This document shows positions 23,834-37,840 of a DNA stretch of 64,000 bases, piece by piece. The stretch lies in contig OZ176054.1 in NCBI GenBank assembly GCA_964247055.1, forward strand, positions 13,392,001 to 13,456,000, read 5' to 3'. Below the pieces are notes generated by a model. That model did no database searches, was not told the DNA's origin, and saw only the letters and a list, made by a program, of their open reading frames with translations. How positions within the stretch are numbered: the stretch's first letter is position 1; each line of letters opens with the position of its first letter. The DNA is from Paragordius varius (lineage: Eukaryota > Animalia > Nematomorpha). The position numbers and the translations under genes were made by a program.

Positions 23834-24653
23834 TTATTGCAATGAAACACGCGCAGATTGCTGGACATGCGGATTATTAAAGGGGACACCAAAATAACTT
23901 TGTCTTCTCTAAAATATGGAGGCATATATATAAATATTTTCATGCATTTTTAGGAAAAAAGAATTTGTCGTAAATTGATAATCCAATTTTAATTTAGAAA
24001 TCATCAAATATCTATATAATATTGCATCATTGCATGCATTCTCTGACTTTTATGTTAGTCAAAAACTTAATCCTTATTTAACTTTTGCCACAATTACATT
24101 AGTTCTTTTATGGCTTTAACTTTAACAACCCTATAACAGAAAGAATTTAGTTAGCTGTTAATTAATTGAGATTTTTGGTGCAATCCAAACATTTTACTTA
24201 GGAAGATAAATGTAATAAACTATAGAAACAATTTAAATATAACTCATATTTACATATTAACCAACTCAAAAAAGAACTAAAAGTTTTACGTTGGGTGGTA
24301 AAGGCTTCCCATCTTGCATATCATCCGCCGTAAGTTTTAAAAAGTCTGATATAGTATCACTTTCCATAGCAGTGTCAAAATCATTGAAATCCCCACAATA
24401 GATATCACCATTAAAAAATTGAGGGCATAAAGGCAATTTGGCAGATTCATCGTTTGGTTTACAAGTTGCAATCATAAAATCTTTCTCATCTGAGTTTTCG
24501 GGCTCCGTAATATCTATAATATTGAGTTTAACTCCAAAAGCCGATAAAAATTCAAGGGCCTTTAATTGATTGGCTTTAACCTATATATATTAATTTAAGT
24601 AATACGGATTTATTGCCAGATGAACCCGATATATACACCTTGACACCACCCAT
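23834..24653 (-). CDS. SH3BGRL: SH3 domain-binding glutamic acid-rich-like protein (thioredoxin-like fold)
   Basis: Exon 24653-24606 (MGGVKVYISGSSGNKS), a 25-nt intron, then exon 24580-24290 (VKANQLKALEFLSAFGVKLNIIDI..EKDFM..LPLCPQFFNGDIYCGDFNDFDTAMESDTISDFLKL). This parallels SH3BGRL (VIRVYIASSSGS..KKKQQDVLGFL..PLPPQIFNESQYRGDYDAF). Possible last exon 23908-23834; alternatively the gene stops at 24266. Confidence 0.9.
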
Positions 24654-25659
24654 TAGATTAGAATCAATATCAACTGTAGAGATTCTTGTATGAATTTCAT
24701 ATGTGTAACAAGAATTATATAAAAATATTTTTGTTTATATCTTATTTGTAAATCGATTTAAACCAAATTGTTTCTATGAATTCCTGCTCACATTGTTAAA
24801 ATATTGCGTAATAAATAATATAAAAATAAAATTGGGTGTTATTGAAGTATTTTTAAAAATATTTTTTTAGTAGATATTTATACAACTTCTATTTTTATGT
24901 TTTATGAAATTTATATTAAAATATTTTTATTTTAAGGGTGAATTACTTTATGTTTGCATTAAGTCTTTATCCGAATATTGCACAAATCTAAACAATATAT
25001 CAATATTTAAATGAAACTTTAATATCAAATTTTAGACGGGCTTTTAAAACTAAATTTTGTAACCGCGTATGTTTTAAATTTACCTTTGACACCATTCCAT
25101 TGTTCTAATTCCCTGATTGTGTGGCTATTTATTTTGGGTTCACATATTTAGATTTTGAGTATATATTTAAATTCGTGAAAGAGGATATACATATATGTTT
25201 TATTTATGATATATGTATTTAAAATATGCGTTTATTTTATATTTAGTTAATGGAGCGAGATCAAGCGTTTGTGCGTAATAAATTCATAATTCTAAAATTA
25301 GGAATGTTTCGGCGAAATTTAACAGCTTTAATTTTAGATCTATTATATTGGCACCGACTATGAGCTCTTCAGTCAGTAGTAAAAAATGAAATAACAGCGT
25401 TTCAGTGTTTCGAATACGATGATCTGTTAATCCTCCGATACCCGCTCTTGTGACTGGGACAATCTCGAATTCTAATCAATGTTTCGGCACCCTAAAAATG
25501 ATAACGAACACACATTTGTTAGACTACGTTAATACGTAATGAATCACAGGATTATAGAGAACATCAGTTGTGACTGACTGTGTCAAATGTCATACTAATA
25601 TCCGAACAGCAATAAAGAATTTTCCCGAATTCTGTATGGCAATAAGATTGGTAATTTAA

Positions 25660-26212
25660 CACTTTGATTTAAATTGGGGTATGTAAATACCCCAGACTTT
25701 ATCTAAGTTTGTGTAAAATGAAAGAAAAGGTCCCAATTTATATTTATGCTTCCCCCAATAAAAATTATATAAATAAGCCGAAATATTTGAATAAAATTTA
25801 GTTTTGAAAAAAAAGTTTCATATCAAACTATACCGACGCCATTTTTATTTACAATATTGTTCCAAAATATTGTGTTTATTAAATTTTAAAGCTAAATTAG
25901 AGCTAATTTTTATCTAAATCACATCTAACATTAATATATACAGAAAAAATGGTTCATTTTGTATATTTTTTACATTAGCTAAGGCACACATGTCATGTTG
26001 ACTAAATTTTTACCTTGAGATTTTACCTTAAAATAAGTAATATCAAGTTTTTTGAATGACTTTTTAATATATTTTGGTTAATTCATGTTATGTGAATGCA
26101 TATTTTTGCCATGGCTTTAATTCATTCCATATTTTTTGAAATATTTAATTTTAAACAGGCCTGGGGTAACCAACTACCCGAAGGACTGAAATGAATGTGT
26201 TGTATCCAAGTG
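25660..26212. mobile_element. Family B piggyBac-like MITE, copy 1
   Basis: TTAA|CACTTTGAT...ATCCAAGTG|TTAA; body shared with 43376 and 62241. Confidence 0.8.
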
Positions 26213-28012
26213 TTAAAAAGTATTATAATTTGGTTTAATTACCCTTTAGACATCTGATAAAAAAGTAGTCATAAAAATGAAAAAATTAAACACACAGTTT
26301 TTCCTATTTATATCTAAGGGGACTTAAATTTTATCAGGATTTGTGGGATTAATTGCTTAACCAGGGCTGACAGAAATCATAAAATGTGTAGTTCGGGATT
26401 TCCACGCAAACAATGTAAGAATCCCTCGCCCACCTAAGATACCATCTCGCCTGTTAGAGAACTAGGTTTACCAGTATGTTATTACTATTAATCGTATGAC
26501 AGCTACTACAAAGATTGGATAGCCTATCTTGATGAAAGAGAGTAGAAATTATGTGATCGTATCGTCTAGAAACTAAATTAAAAACATGCGCATGCTGTAA
26601 ATAGGGCTTTGAATGAAAAATTTTGATTGGTATATCATTAAGACGGTTAAAAAATTTAAGCTAAAAACAAGGGTATTGAGCTCGAAGGTATCTAGAGTTG
26701 GTAATAATATGGGCGTTAGTTTGGTCATTTTTATGTCAAACTCCAAATTATAAATTATAATATTATATGGTAAATTTTTCCGATTTTGTGGGAATCATAG
26801 GGAATTAACAGTTATTAAATTTTCGACCTTTATCATGGTCTAGTCTTAAAACTAGAGAATTTTAGTATGACATCTAGATTATTTTTGAAATTAGATATTA
26901 TTGGTAATATAAGCCTTGCCGTTTTCGATAATTAATAGGTTCATCGATATATCAAATAAGATTTCACTAAAGTGTGAAATTTTCGAATTTAGTTTTAAGC
27001 AGTTATAGTTTATAACTGAGAGTCGCGGGCATAATAATTGTTTGTGTTAACAATTCAGTTATAAATTATTCGAAATTTAATTTATTAATATAGATTATCT
27101 TTGAACGAGCACTTTGCTGTAACATTCTAATTTTATACATATTTTGCAGAGATAAAACCTTTTCTTTATCGTTCTATGATGCTGAACATTAAATTTTTAT
27201 CGAAAAAATTTTTTTCCGAGTACTCTAAATTTAAAATAATTAAGTAATATAAGGCTGTTTTCAACCAATAGTTTAAATACAAAATATGTATTACCTTTAA
27301 TCTCCTTAGTTTAATTTATAAATAAATGCAATCGTTGCAGTTTATTTATTATTATGAAGATTTTGCAACGTATATTAACAATTGTTATTTTATGGCGCCA
27401 CAAAATGGTTTTTGCACCTGCCAATCGAGAAAATGGTATAAAATACTATATTTTATTTTTAATATTTGAATTCGGAATATATGGACAAAACTTCAAATCT
27501 AAAAAATATTATTTAAAATACGACCATTTTAATTTTCTTTATATAATTAATTGTAGTTAATTTTTAAATATATGATTGAGAGTGTGACCAATATATCTAT
27601 TTCTCAGTTTGCGACGCAAAAAGATAGGCTATAATTTCAATGTCACATATGGTTGTCTTTTAGAAAAATAAATATTTATCTTTCATTTTTACGTTTTGTC
27701 TCTATAATTTCAATTGTTATTGTATATTAAGTACTTTATATTTATTGGTAAGTGAGTTTTTGGTGATCAATTTGATATAAATAGGAAATCAATTTTAAAA
27801 TAATTAAGATTTTTTCTGTACGCTTTATTATTATGTCATTGGGATGTAAACCTACCTATCAACTTAAGAAATATATCGTCAAAACCTTGGTATTTTTTAT
27901 ATTATCTTAATTTGAAATATTATACCCAATGGTTAGAATTATGAATAAAATATGTTTTATAAAGAAACAGCAGGTCCATATTTAAAATGTTTAATTAAGA
28001 AATCCAAATATA

Positions 28013-28306
28013 CAGTAAAAACTGATATTATACGGACAAAACGTAAAAATATAAAGACAAATATTTTTTTGTAAAAAACAACCATACTTTTTCAAACCTT
28101 AATTTTTCCCATTTAAGCTATTTAATTACAATTGTTACATATAGAATTGATTGTATTACCAATTACATATCAATTTTATAAATTGTAATTTAAAACAATA
28201 AGTTATATTTAAAAAAATGGAGTTTAAAAAAGTATGGTTTTCTTATATAAAAATATAATTGTCTTTATATTTTTACATTTCGTCCGTATAGTTCCAATTT
28301 TTACTG
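28013..28306. mobile_element. Family A MITE, near-consensus copy
   Basis: TA|CAGTAAAAACTG...TTTTTACTG|TA. Confidence 0.9.
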
Positions 28307-29746
28307 TATAAACAGTTTCAAACAAAATTGTAGGCTAGCAGTCGAGTAAATATTAAAAGAAAGATTTAAGATTTGGCAAATCAATATGCTAAATAGCACA
28401 AATAATGTGCAACGATTCATATGCAATATTACAACCAACTTATAACATTAAATTACGGTGTCACTTAAAAAATAATGCTAAATCTATCTTTCTTCATCGT
28501 AAAATTTATTTTGAACCACATTCAAATTTGTTTCAAAACACAAATTTGTAAAGATAATTATAATTATTCCTATCTATATTTATATCTTATTATTGTGTCG
28601 ATTTTTATAAACCGATAGTCCCCAAGGCCCTTGAGAGCCATATTGCCCGCGAAATTACATAAAATATCCTTCATAAGAATTGGATTATATAATTTCATAT
28701 GCTAAATTATAGTAAAATTCTTATAAACATACATATCACAATACATTTTCGGCAACAAAATTGCAAAAATGGGTAAAATATGGGGTTTTGATATTGTCGT
28801 AATTATTAAAGTTTAATTGACATCTAATTAATCCTAATTTTCGATGGGTCTGTTAATCGATCAAATTAAAATGCAGCCCGCAAGCTATTTGTGTTGGCCA
28901 CCTCTGGTTTAAGCGCCTCTGTCTGTATATAACTTATAACTGAAATTTAGGGCAAATAGCTTGCCTGACAAAATGCAAAAGTTACATCGCTATAATTCTT
29001 TCATTTTCCTGTTCGTTAATACCCTAAAAAGGAACATCCCAATCAGGTCTGCAAATGGCCAAAGTTGGATAAAATACATTATCGATCCATCACAGCTAAC
29101 TACTATTCATACGCTTTGGAGCAATTTGAAAAATGAGGTTTTACTGTAAATCATTTAATGTTAAACACTTAGGTTATCATATTAGGTTATCATGATTTTC
29201 GATTTTAGTGTTTTTAAGTCATTTTTAAAGCGAATCAATCAATTTATACATTTATTTAAGATAATCCATCACGCCATAAATACCATTTCTATCTAATTTT
29301 TAGCTGTTTTTCTTTGAGATCTAAAAGTAAATATAAGGTTAACCCATTTTTTTAGAAAAAACAATCGTTATACTAATAAATTGGGCATTGAATTTTGGTG
29401 ACCTTATAATTGATAAATAAACTTGAAAAATATATGATATTTTTGAATTTTTTGAAATGATGTTATTATAAGGTTGTGGTCAATAAAGACAAAAAGGTCG
29501 TTTATAAACCTTATAATAAAAACTTTAATAAATAATAAGTGTTTTGCAAAAATTAACCTGTATTCTCCCGCAACGTGTGCAAAGAACCATAAATGCTTAA
29601 ATAGTTTATGTAATCATATATTAAGTCTAAATATTAGAATAAAGATGCAAAAACCCTGAGTATTTATAACTTGCGTTTAGTATTTCTTTTAAAATATTAA
29701 AAAATTTAGTAACTATGCAATTTTCATAAAATATTAATTTGTACAG

Positions 29747-32700
29747 ATATATATCGATGTTTGGGGCCCAAAGTACTTTGTTCAGAAGCTGTGTGGAATA
29801 AACACTTTTAGTCTCAATATGTTTGAGGAAAATGAAATTTCTAATGAAACATGCATCAATATATCAATATTGTATGATAAATTAGTCAGGCCTGATCTTT
29901 TATACTTAAAGGTATCTAATTTTTACAATGTTTACAATTAAAAATGATAAAACATTTATTGCTATTAACTAATAAATTAATTTTAACTTTAATCTGATCT
30001 TTTAACACAAGATATTTAAATATTGATAATGTTTAGTTAGTTGTATAATGAATTAATCTACTTTTTTTACTATTAAAATCCCGATTTTTTTCGTTATTTA
30101 TAATTTGCTATTTCATATCCTATGTTTCGATATAATGTTGTATACAGCTATTCGCACTATGTTTTTCTGTTTCGCCAACCGTTTTAATATACCATTTACA
30201 GTTCAAATTTACACTTGAACAATTCATCACCATAAACAAACAATTATGTGTGTTCGAACTTTATAATTCAATATTAATATGAAATATACATTTATGGCGC
30301 AGTTTATTATTTCAGTATCATTTTAATTTTAAACAAATACTTTTTTTTATAGGTAATTAAATCTAAAAAACATATATTATATTTAAGGGTGATTTGAATT
30401 GTAAATGGTTATATTTTTCATGTTAGTGTTTTATATTGTTTTCTATCATAAAAACGATTGTTGTTGTATATTTGTTTATTTTTCTCATATCGATATGTTG
30501 TTGTTTTTAAGTAACGTTAACCGTCCTGTAATGCTTATTAAAAACGATGTGAACTTTTTTTTGCTTTTCAGTTTTAAAGCAAAGTTTTTATTGGCAATCT
30601 TACTTTGATGTTATAATCTAGCATATACAAAATTTTGATCGCGCAAACTCGGCGTTTTGCGTTTAAAAAAAACTAGCCTGTTATGGGGTTTATTAATACT
30701 TTTTGAGTCCACATCTTACTAAATATATAATATAATATTTTTACCAGAAAAATATTAATCATAATGTGCAGAGGCCGATTTGTGACTTTATTAACACAAA
30801 AGAGCTTTCTTAAAGCCCTAAAACCAAAAACCTCAGGAGCTTATTTTTTATATAATTTTAAAAGGCCCGATTTTATGCACTGTATTATATAATCCATATG
30901 ACTGTATAGGATTTCTGAAATTTGGCTTAAATTACGTTATGTTTATATGTTGGCGTCTCATCGTAAAAATGCGTTTGACTAAATCCTTTGCCTTTATACG
31001 GAAAATATGAATTGTTATAATACAGTTTTTCAACGGAGACCTATATATATGAACATAGGTAATATAAATAAACTTGACTTATGACAGTTTTTTTAGAAGA
31101 CCCGAATCGCCCAATTCAAAGAGTATCGCTAATATAATATTCACTAAGTTTTTGGTTTAAAGTTTGAAGTATGGAATATGTAGTGGTACAATCAAATTTA
31201 AATAATAAAATAAATTTTTATAATAAAAATTATTAGGGAACCAGTAATTAAGGAGGTGAAACCGGAACCGGGTTGGTTCTATCCCAATGGAACCGGTTCT
31301 TGTTAAGTTTCCAGGAACCGGGTTCCGGTTCGGGTTCCAAGCCCTGTTTTATATAGTTTAATAGCGAAAATTGCTTAAAATATTTTTACACATTTTTGGA
31401 ATAAATATCGTTTTGTATAAAAAAGTGGCTAGAAAACATAATTTAAGAAAGTGGACCTACTGTTAGGTTCACTAGTAAAGATAAAATTGCTATTAAATTT
31501 GAATATATCTACAAGTTTTTTGGAAATATATCTCAAAGATATGATTTTTGTTATTTTCAACATCTAACCGGACAAAATGTAAAAATATAAAGACAAATAT
31601 TTTTTTCTAGAAGAACCATACTTTTTAAATTTTGATTTATTTCAATATAATCCCTTGTTTTAATTGGTCAAGTGTCAAATAGAGATGTATAATACTAATG
31701 CAATCAATTTTATATTTTAAAATAATAACCAAATAGCTTATATGGTTAGGTTTTAAAAAGTATGGTTGTCTTTTAGATAAAAATATTTGTCTTTATATTT
31801 TCACGTTTTGTCTGTATAATTTCAATTTTTACTGTAACTTAGAGTGTTTATAATTAATAAATTTTTTCTATGTTTGATGAATGGTCCTACACGTTTTCGT
31901 TTTAACAATATTCACATTAATATAATACATACATAGGATTATTGTAGATATGTAATTTCCATAAGCTCATTATATCAAACTTTATTTTTTAGCTCCGATT
32001 TATTCAAAAATGGAAAGAACCTCTTAAGATTTATGAGTTAAGTTATGATGCATCCGAGCAAATTGAATATTCTTATCAAACAGCCATTTGGCCCATTCAA
32101 CCTATTCAATATTTGACTAATATATGGTTTAGAAAAAGGGATTCACAAAACAATCAATATGGAATCAGTTTTAAGATTTTGTTAGCTAATTGCCGGAATA
32201 ACACGGGTATATAAATTTAAAATTATGCTGTTTTATTTATAATATTTTTTAATATATTGTATTAACAATTAAAACAAATGCACCCTAAATTATACGATTT
32301 AAATTTATTAAAACAAATTTCGAACCATTCTTTAGGAGAGCCTGAAATTTATAAAAAAAACTATAAACTAACAGCGTTTTTAAATATAAATACATATATA
32401 TAATAAAAATTGAAATACGGACAAAACGTAAATATATAAAAAAAATATTTTTTTCAAAGACAAAAACATATTTTTTGAATCTTGATTTGTTAAATATAAC
32501 TAATGTTAGCGACTACAAAATATAAAATAGAAATGCAAATTGGTAGCACAATCAATTATGTAGTTTACGATTGTAATTAAATATTTTATATAGCAATTAT
32601 TAAGGTTTTAAAAAGTATGGTGTCTGTTAGACAAAATTATTTGTCTTTATATTTTTAAGTTTTGTCCTAATTTCAATTTTTACTGTATATACGACTTTGT

Positions 32701-35700
32701 CGATGTAACGAAAAAATTGAATTATTTTCCGAATTTTTACGTTTAATTCTATGGGTATCAGATTAAGGGGCAACGAGAAGCTTAAGAGTGAATACATTTA
32801 ATTGTGGGATTTTAAAAAGTCTTTTTAAGCTGAACATATATAAATAAATTAGGTAAAAAGTCGGATATTTTTAATTTTTTTTACAGAGGCATCCATAGTC
32901 ATTTGTTTGAAAAGGAATACTTATGACATTATATTTTTGATGAATTGGAAACAAATATGCAGTTAATTTTTCAAGTATAAATATCGATGAATTGCATTGG
33001 CATTGAAATCAAGCTTTTTGGATTGTTTGGTAGTTGAGTTGTTAAAAAATATTTATTTTAAGCCATAACAATATTAAAAATTAAAATTTAAAATAGAATA
33101 TATTTTCCATATCAGCTATTAAACTAATCATATGTTTTATTCAGATTAGTTTTTAAAGCATGCTTTCTAAAAATATAAATATCGGATGGTATATCTAAAC
33201 ACTTATCAATAATCATCAAAAACGCATTATTAAAAATAATTGATTTTTGCATTTTAGATGAAGAATCACCTAAAAAATATCCTATATTTATAGGATATAT
33301 CTATCTTTCAAATTATATTTAGCTTATTATTTTTAACGCTTTTGATCAAAAGAGCTGTAGGCTTTACATTATAAAATTGACTTATAAATTCGAATTTTAA
33401 CTCGGGATTCAATGAAATTATTTCAACTACAAATTCTGTGATATATTTCATATATGTTATCAGGTTAGCGTTGGAAAAAATTATTTGTCTGGAATCTTTT
33501 AAAACCGATGTGCGATTCTTAGCAGGAATATTGAATTTAAAAAATAAATAAAAATTTAGAATAGTGCAAGCTTTCAAGGGCATGGCTATACAAATCAATC
33601 AAAGATCTGAATTTTAACTACATACCCTTTATCTATTGTAAATGGATAAATCAAGACTACAAATATAATTTATTTTGGATTTATAATATAACGAAGTTTG
33701 TTATGCATATTATAGAATCGACAGAAATGGTATTTGGCAGAGGTATATCTTTTATTATATTATATTGCAATAATATTTAATTTAGTGAATGATGGGAGAA
33801 AATTTTATACTCAAGATTTTAGTATAATTAAAACTTTGCGTCCTGAATTAAAGTATTTTAAAAAGATATATAAACAAGTTTTTTATATGGTAAAAACGTA
33901 AGTCCTTATTCCTAACAAAATATTTCTCTCCATAGGATTTTGTATATGTAAATAATATTTTTGATTAAAATATACTTTTGCTGTATTTTAAACATATATT
34001 TGTGATTTCCTAAAATTCATATCTAATCGTTTTGGGTATTAGCTTATGTAGTTGCCTCTTCATAAATTTACCAGTTAGAAGGCTATGACTGATAAATATT
34101 TACATTTACAAAATAGCATTTTTTAATTTCATTGGTTAGTTATTCATATTTATAAACTCTTTAAGATCATTTATGCGTTAGTGAGCAATAATGGCTATTA
34201 TTTTTTAAATGATCAAAGCCCCAATCCTCGTACTTATAAAAGGACAAATTTGCAATTAGAAAGACAAAATCGAAAAAAAAAACAGATGTCTAAAACCGCA
34301 ACTGCCTTTTTAAAAAACCGCAACGAATTTTAACCTTATAAAATTAAACAATAGGAACCGAAACCGAGATTTCAAAACCGTTTTGTATTTTCGATTGCTT
34401 AATTAAAAAAATAAACTTTAAACTTTTTCTCACCCTTATATAATTAGAAAACTATGTTAACACACAAACAATGTGTGCAATTATTAACGAATCCGGTACG
34501 TATAATTTGGTACATTCCACAACAAATCATGAAGCAAACAGAATCAAGTAATTTGTTAAATTATTATAAATTTGCAAATATCTACAATATTAAATTATCC
34601 CTTTATAATGAGTTTTTAAAAACAAGATTCAATTAACTTAGGTTATTATCAACAGGCCCTTTTTATATTATAACAATTTTTACCCTATATTTCATTTAGA
34701 AATAATTTTAACTGTATACTACATGCTTTATTATGGTTTTAGAAATATATACATAGAACTTTCGCCTTTACCCCATAGCAACAATTGGGAAATAGTTCAC
34801 GTTATTAAGCAATTAGATTTAAACATTTACAAATCAACTCCAAATGTCTCAATAATAAATCTTGTTAACCTGGATGGATTGAAGCGAGTGTTTGAATTTT
34901 CTCCCTACCCAATCCAGATGATACAAAATGTAAGATTATATTTATTAGTATTTTGTATTTTATGAAAATTATCTCTTGGTAACCTAAATTTATTTAAGTT
35001 CTCTTGTTTTTAAATTGCCCCAAATATTTCTATTTTAAGCCCTCGGACCAAAAAAATAGCGGCCCTCTTATAGACAAAATTTATGATTGAAAAGAAAAAT
35101 ACTTTTTTACAGACTAATATACTTTTCAAATTAAATCTTTTAAAATATCATTTATTGTTCAGGTTTGCGAAATGGGGAATAGAAAAAATTGCTAAAACAC
35201 TCAATTATATCATTTGATATTGTAATCTAATAGTTTATATAGGATATAAGCTAGGGTTGTCTTTTAGAAAAAAAATATTTGCCTTATTATTACGTTTATC
35301 CGTATATTCTATTCTTTCATAGCAACATAAATTAATACCGAATACTTAGTAAATATAAAAATAAAATAATTTATTTAAAAGGTAATTATAATGAAAGATA
35401 AAAATATACAAGCTTCAGCACTCAGAATGGAGTTCAGTTATCCATAAAGAATTAAGCAATTAAAAGTATGTGTATGTGACTGAATTTACTTTATATAGCT
35501 TGAAATGTTTTGAAAATGTTGATTTTGACTGAAAAATGGTATACCAGATTATTTAAAATGACGAACTCCTTGTATTTAATCATATAAAACATAATAAAAT
35601 TTTAATATGTTTGCAAAAACCGTGTTCAGATAATCAGTTTGAAGGTCGCGATTTGGGTACACTGATCTGTTTACCCTTTTAATAAATATATTAATTTTTA

Positions 35701-35851
35701 ATAAATAACCTTAATATATTTTTTGATCTAATTATCGTGGCAATTTTCTATTTACAATTGATATTTTTGAAATGTATGAAATTTAACTAATTATAAATGT
35801 TATATCATCTTTTTTCGTCGAATAGGCATTCCAAGATAATGCCAATACGAA

Positions 35852-35882
<31 letters not shown>

Positions 35883-36952
35883 ATGTTTAATAATTTTATA
35901 AAGTTTACCTTGGACATAATTAATGCAACAAAATGCTACCTATCACTTGAATATGTGTCCTATCCAACTCTAAAAATTGAAAAAATTCAAGTTGATCAAG
36001 TAAAATTTCTGAGATTAATATATTTTTATTACATTTCAATTAGTCTTGGGTTTTTATTAATAATTATATAATAATATTTATGTTATTATATGGGATGATT
36101 AAATCAAATTATATTAATTTGTGGCCCCAATGTACCACTAGCCAGCATATTTTGGAGAACTAGTCAATTTTAAAACTAAAAGTTTATTTTAAAGTTTGTA
36201 AATTGCGATAATCTCCATTTACTTACAGTAACGTATGATATAAAAATGTTGGTCTAAAATTTAAAAATCAAAGTCGATAATAAAGTATAGGGAAAATGTC
36301 TAATTTTAACCATTTGTTGTTTTACCTTACGCTACTGTACTTTACGGGTCCTATATAGGATTCTATTGTAATATACTTTTAATTAACTGCCATTTTTAAT
36401 TTTTATCCCTTTTCTTTTACAGTAAAAATTTAATTTATACGGAAAAAACGTAAAAATTAATATTTTAAAAGACAAATATAGTTTTTTAAACCTAAATTAA
36501 TTCTAGTAAAATACCTAATAAAAGCCTAAAATATATAATTGTTGTTTATGTTACCAATATAATCTCTATTTGCTTTGGAAATAAAAAACAATGTGTTAAA
36601 TTTAAATTGATCAAAGTTTGGTTGTCTTTTAGGAAATAATATTTGTCTTTATATTTTTACGTTTTGTCCGTATAATTTCAATTTTTACTGTATCTAGCTG
36701 TGTGCATAAACTAGCCATAGATTAAAAATTTTCTGGTATAATATCATCTAATTCCGTTTTCAGAAGTTGACAATAACTGTGAATACCAGTCATGTATGTC
36801 ATTATGGAAACAGCAATAACAATTCAAATAAATGTTGGACAAAATTTCTCCTGACCTATGTGGATTGCTTTGGACCCGGTGTAAAAATTCACTCTGCGAA
36901 GAATTTTACGGCTGCTAGGATTATAAAACCATTAAAATTATGTTCTTTATAA
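29747..36952 (+). CDS. Uncharacterised extracellular glycoprotein-like gene, possibly with two degenerate discoidin/galactose-binding-like domains; 5' end unresolved (possibly from 27354)
   Basis: Open AG/GT-bounded exons 29747-29911, 31993-32206, 33656-33742, 33786-~33820, 34448-34495, 34757-34929, 35904-35999, 36764-36952(stop), with largely compatible phases. Many N-X-S/T sequons; no transmembrane segment seen. Confidence 0.55.
31258..31346. mobile_element. hAT-like element end with GGAACCGG subterminal repeats
   Basis: Clustered AACCGG/CCGGTT motifs ending GGTTCCAAGCCCTG (reverse complement CAGGGCTTGGAACC); partner end not found. Confidence 0.45.
31565..31834. mobile_element. Family A MITE (left tip eroded)
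   Basis: CGGACAAAATGTAAAAATATAAAGAC...TTTTTACTG|TA. Confidence 0.8.
32400..32685. mobile_element. Family A MITE
   Basis: Inverted arms ending TTTTACTG|TA. Confidence 0.8.
36420..36690. mobile_element. Family A MITE
   Basis: TA|CAGTAAAAA...TTTTTACTG|TA. Confidence 0.85.
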
Positions 36953-37079
36953 AATTTTAGCAAATAAATGTCTTTTTGTCATCTGAGTATAATTTTCTAG
37001 AAATACATTTTTTGCAGAAATAGTAAAATTGGCTAATTATTTTTTTTTAATTTACATATTTTAACTGTCTCTTTTATAT

Positions 37080-37840
37080 AGTAAATTATACGGACAAAAC
37101 GTATAAATATAAGGACAAATATTATTTTTTAAAAGACAACCTACTTTTTATAGCTTGATTCTTTTTAATATAAATTCATTGTTAAAAATTTGCAAAATAT
37201 GAAAGACGATATTGGTAACAAAATTTTCGATTTTAAATAAATTATAAAATTAAGTTTTACAGTAAAAAATAAATTATACGGACTAAACGTAAAAATATAA
37301 ATACAAATTATAAAAGACAACCATACTTTTTAAAACCTTGATGTTTCCCATATAAGCTACTTAATTACAATCGAGAAATACATAATTCATTGTGTTACCA
37401 GTATATATTTCTATATACTTTGCAAAACAATGAGTTTATTTAAAATAATCAAGGTTTAATTGTCTTTTGGAAAAAAATATTTGTCTTTATATTATGTCCG
37501 CATAATTTCACTTTTTACTGTAATTTATAATTGTAATTAAATATTTTATGTAAGGAAAAAGGTATGGCATTTTTTAAAAAAATACAGTAAAATTTTATAC
37601 GGACAAAGCGTAAAAGTATTAATACAATAATTATTTTTCAAAAACAACCCTACTTTTTAAATTTTGATTATTAGCTCACTGTTTGGAATTGTAAAGTATG
37701 AAATGAGATGTATATTGATAACACCATCAATTAGATATTTTATAAATAAATGATTTTTAAATGTAAAATTAAGGTTTATAAAGTACGGTTGTCTTTAAAA
37801 AAATATTTATTACGTTTTCGCCTAATTTTATTTTTTACTG
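37080..37840. mobile_element. Cluster of three adjacent Family A MITEs (~37080-37259 partial, 37260-37520, 37585-37840)
   Basis: Repeated TACAGTAAAA / ATACGGACAAAACG and TTTTACTGTA termini. Confidence 0.8.

Noticed and set aside
31993-34929. Cys-loop receptor extracellular domain (LRFIQKWKEP, NNWEIV)
   Set aside because: No Cys-loop signature, WxPD motif or transmembrane helices; the similarity is superficial.
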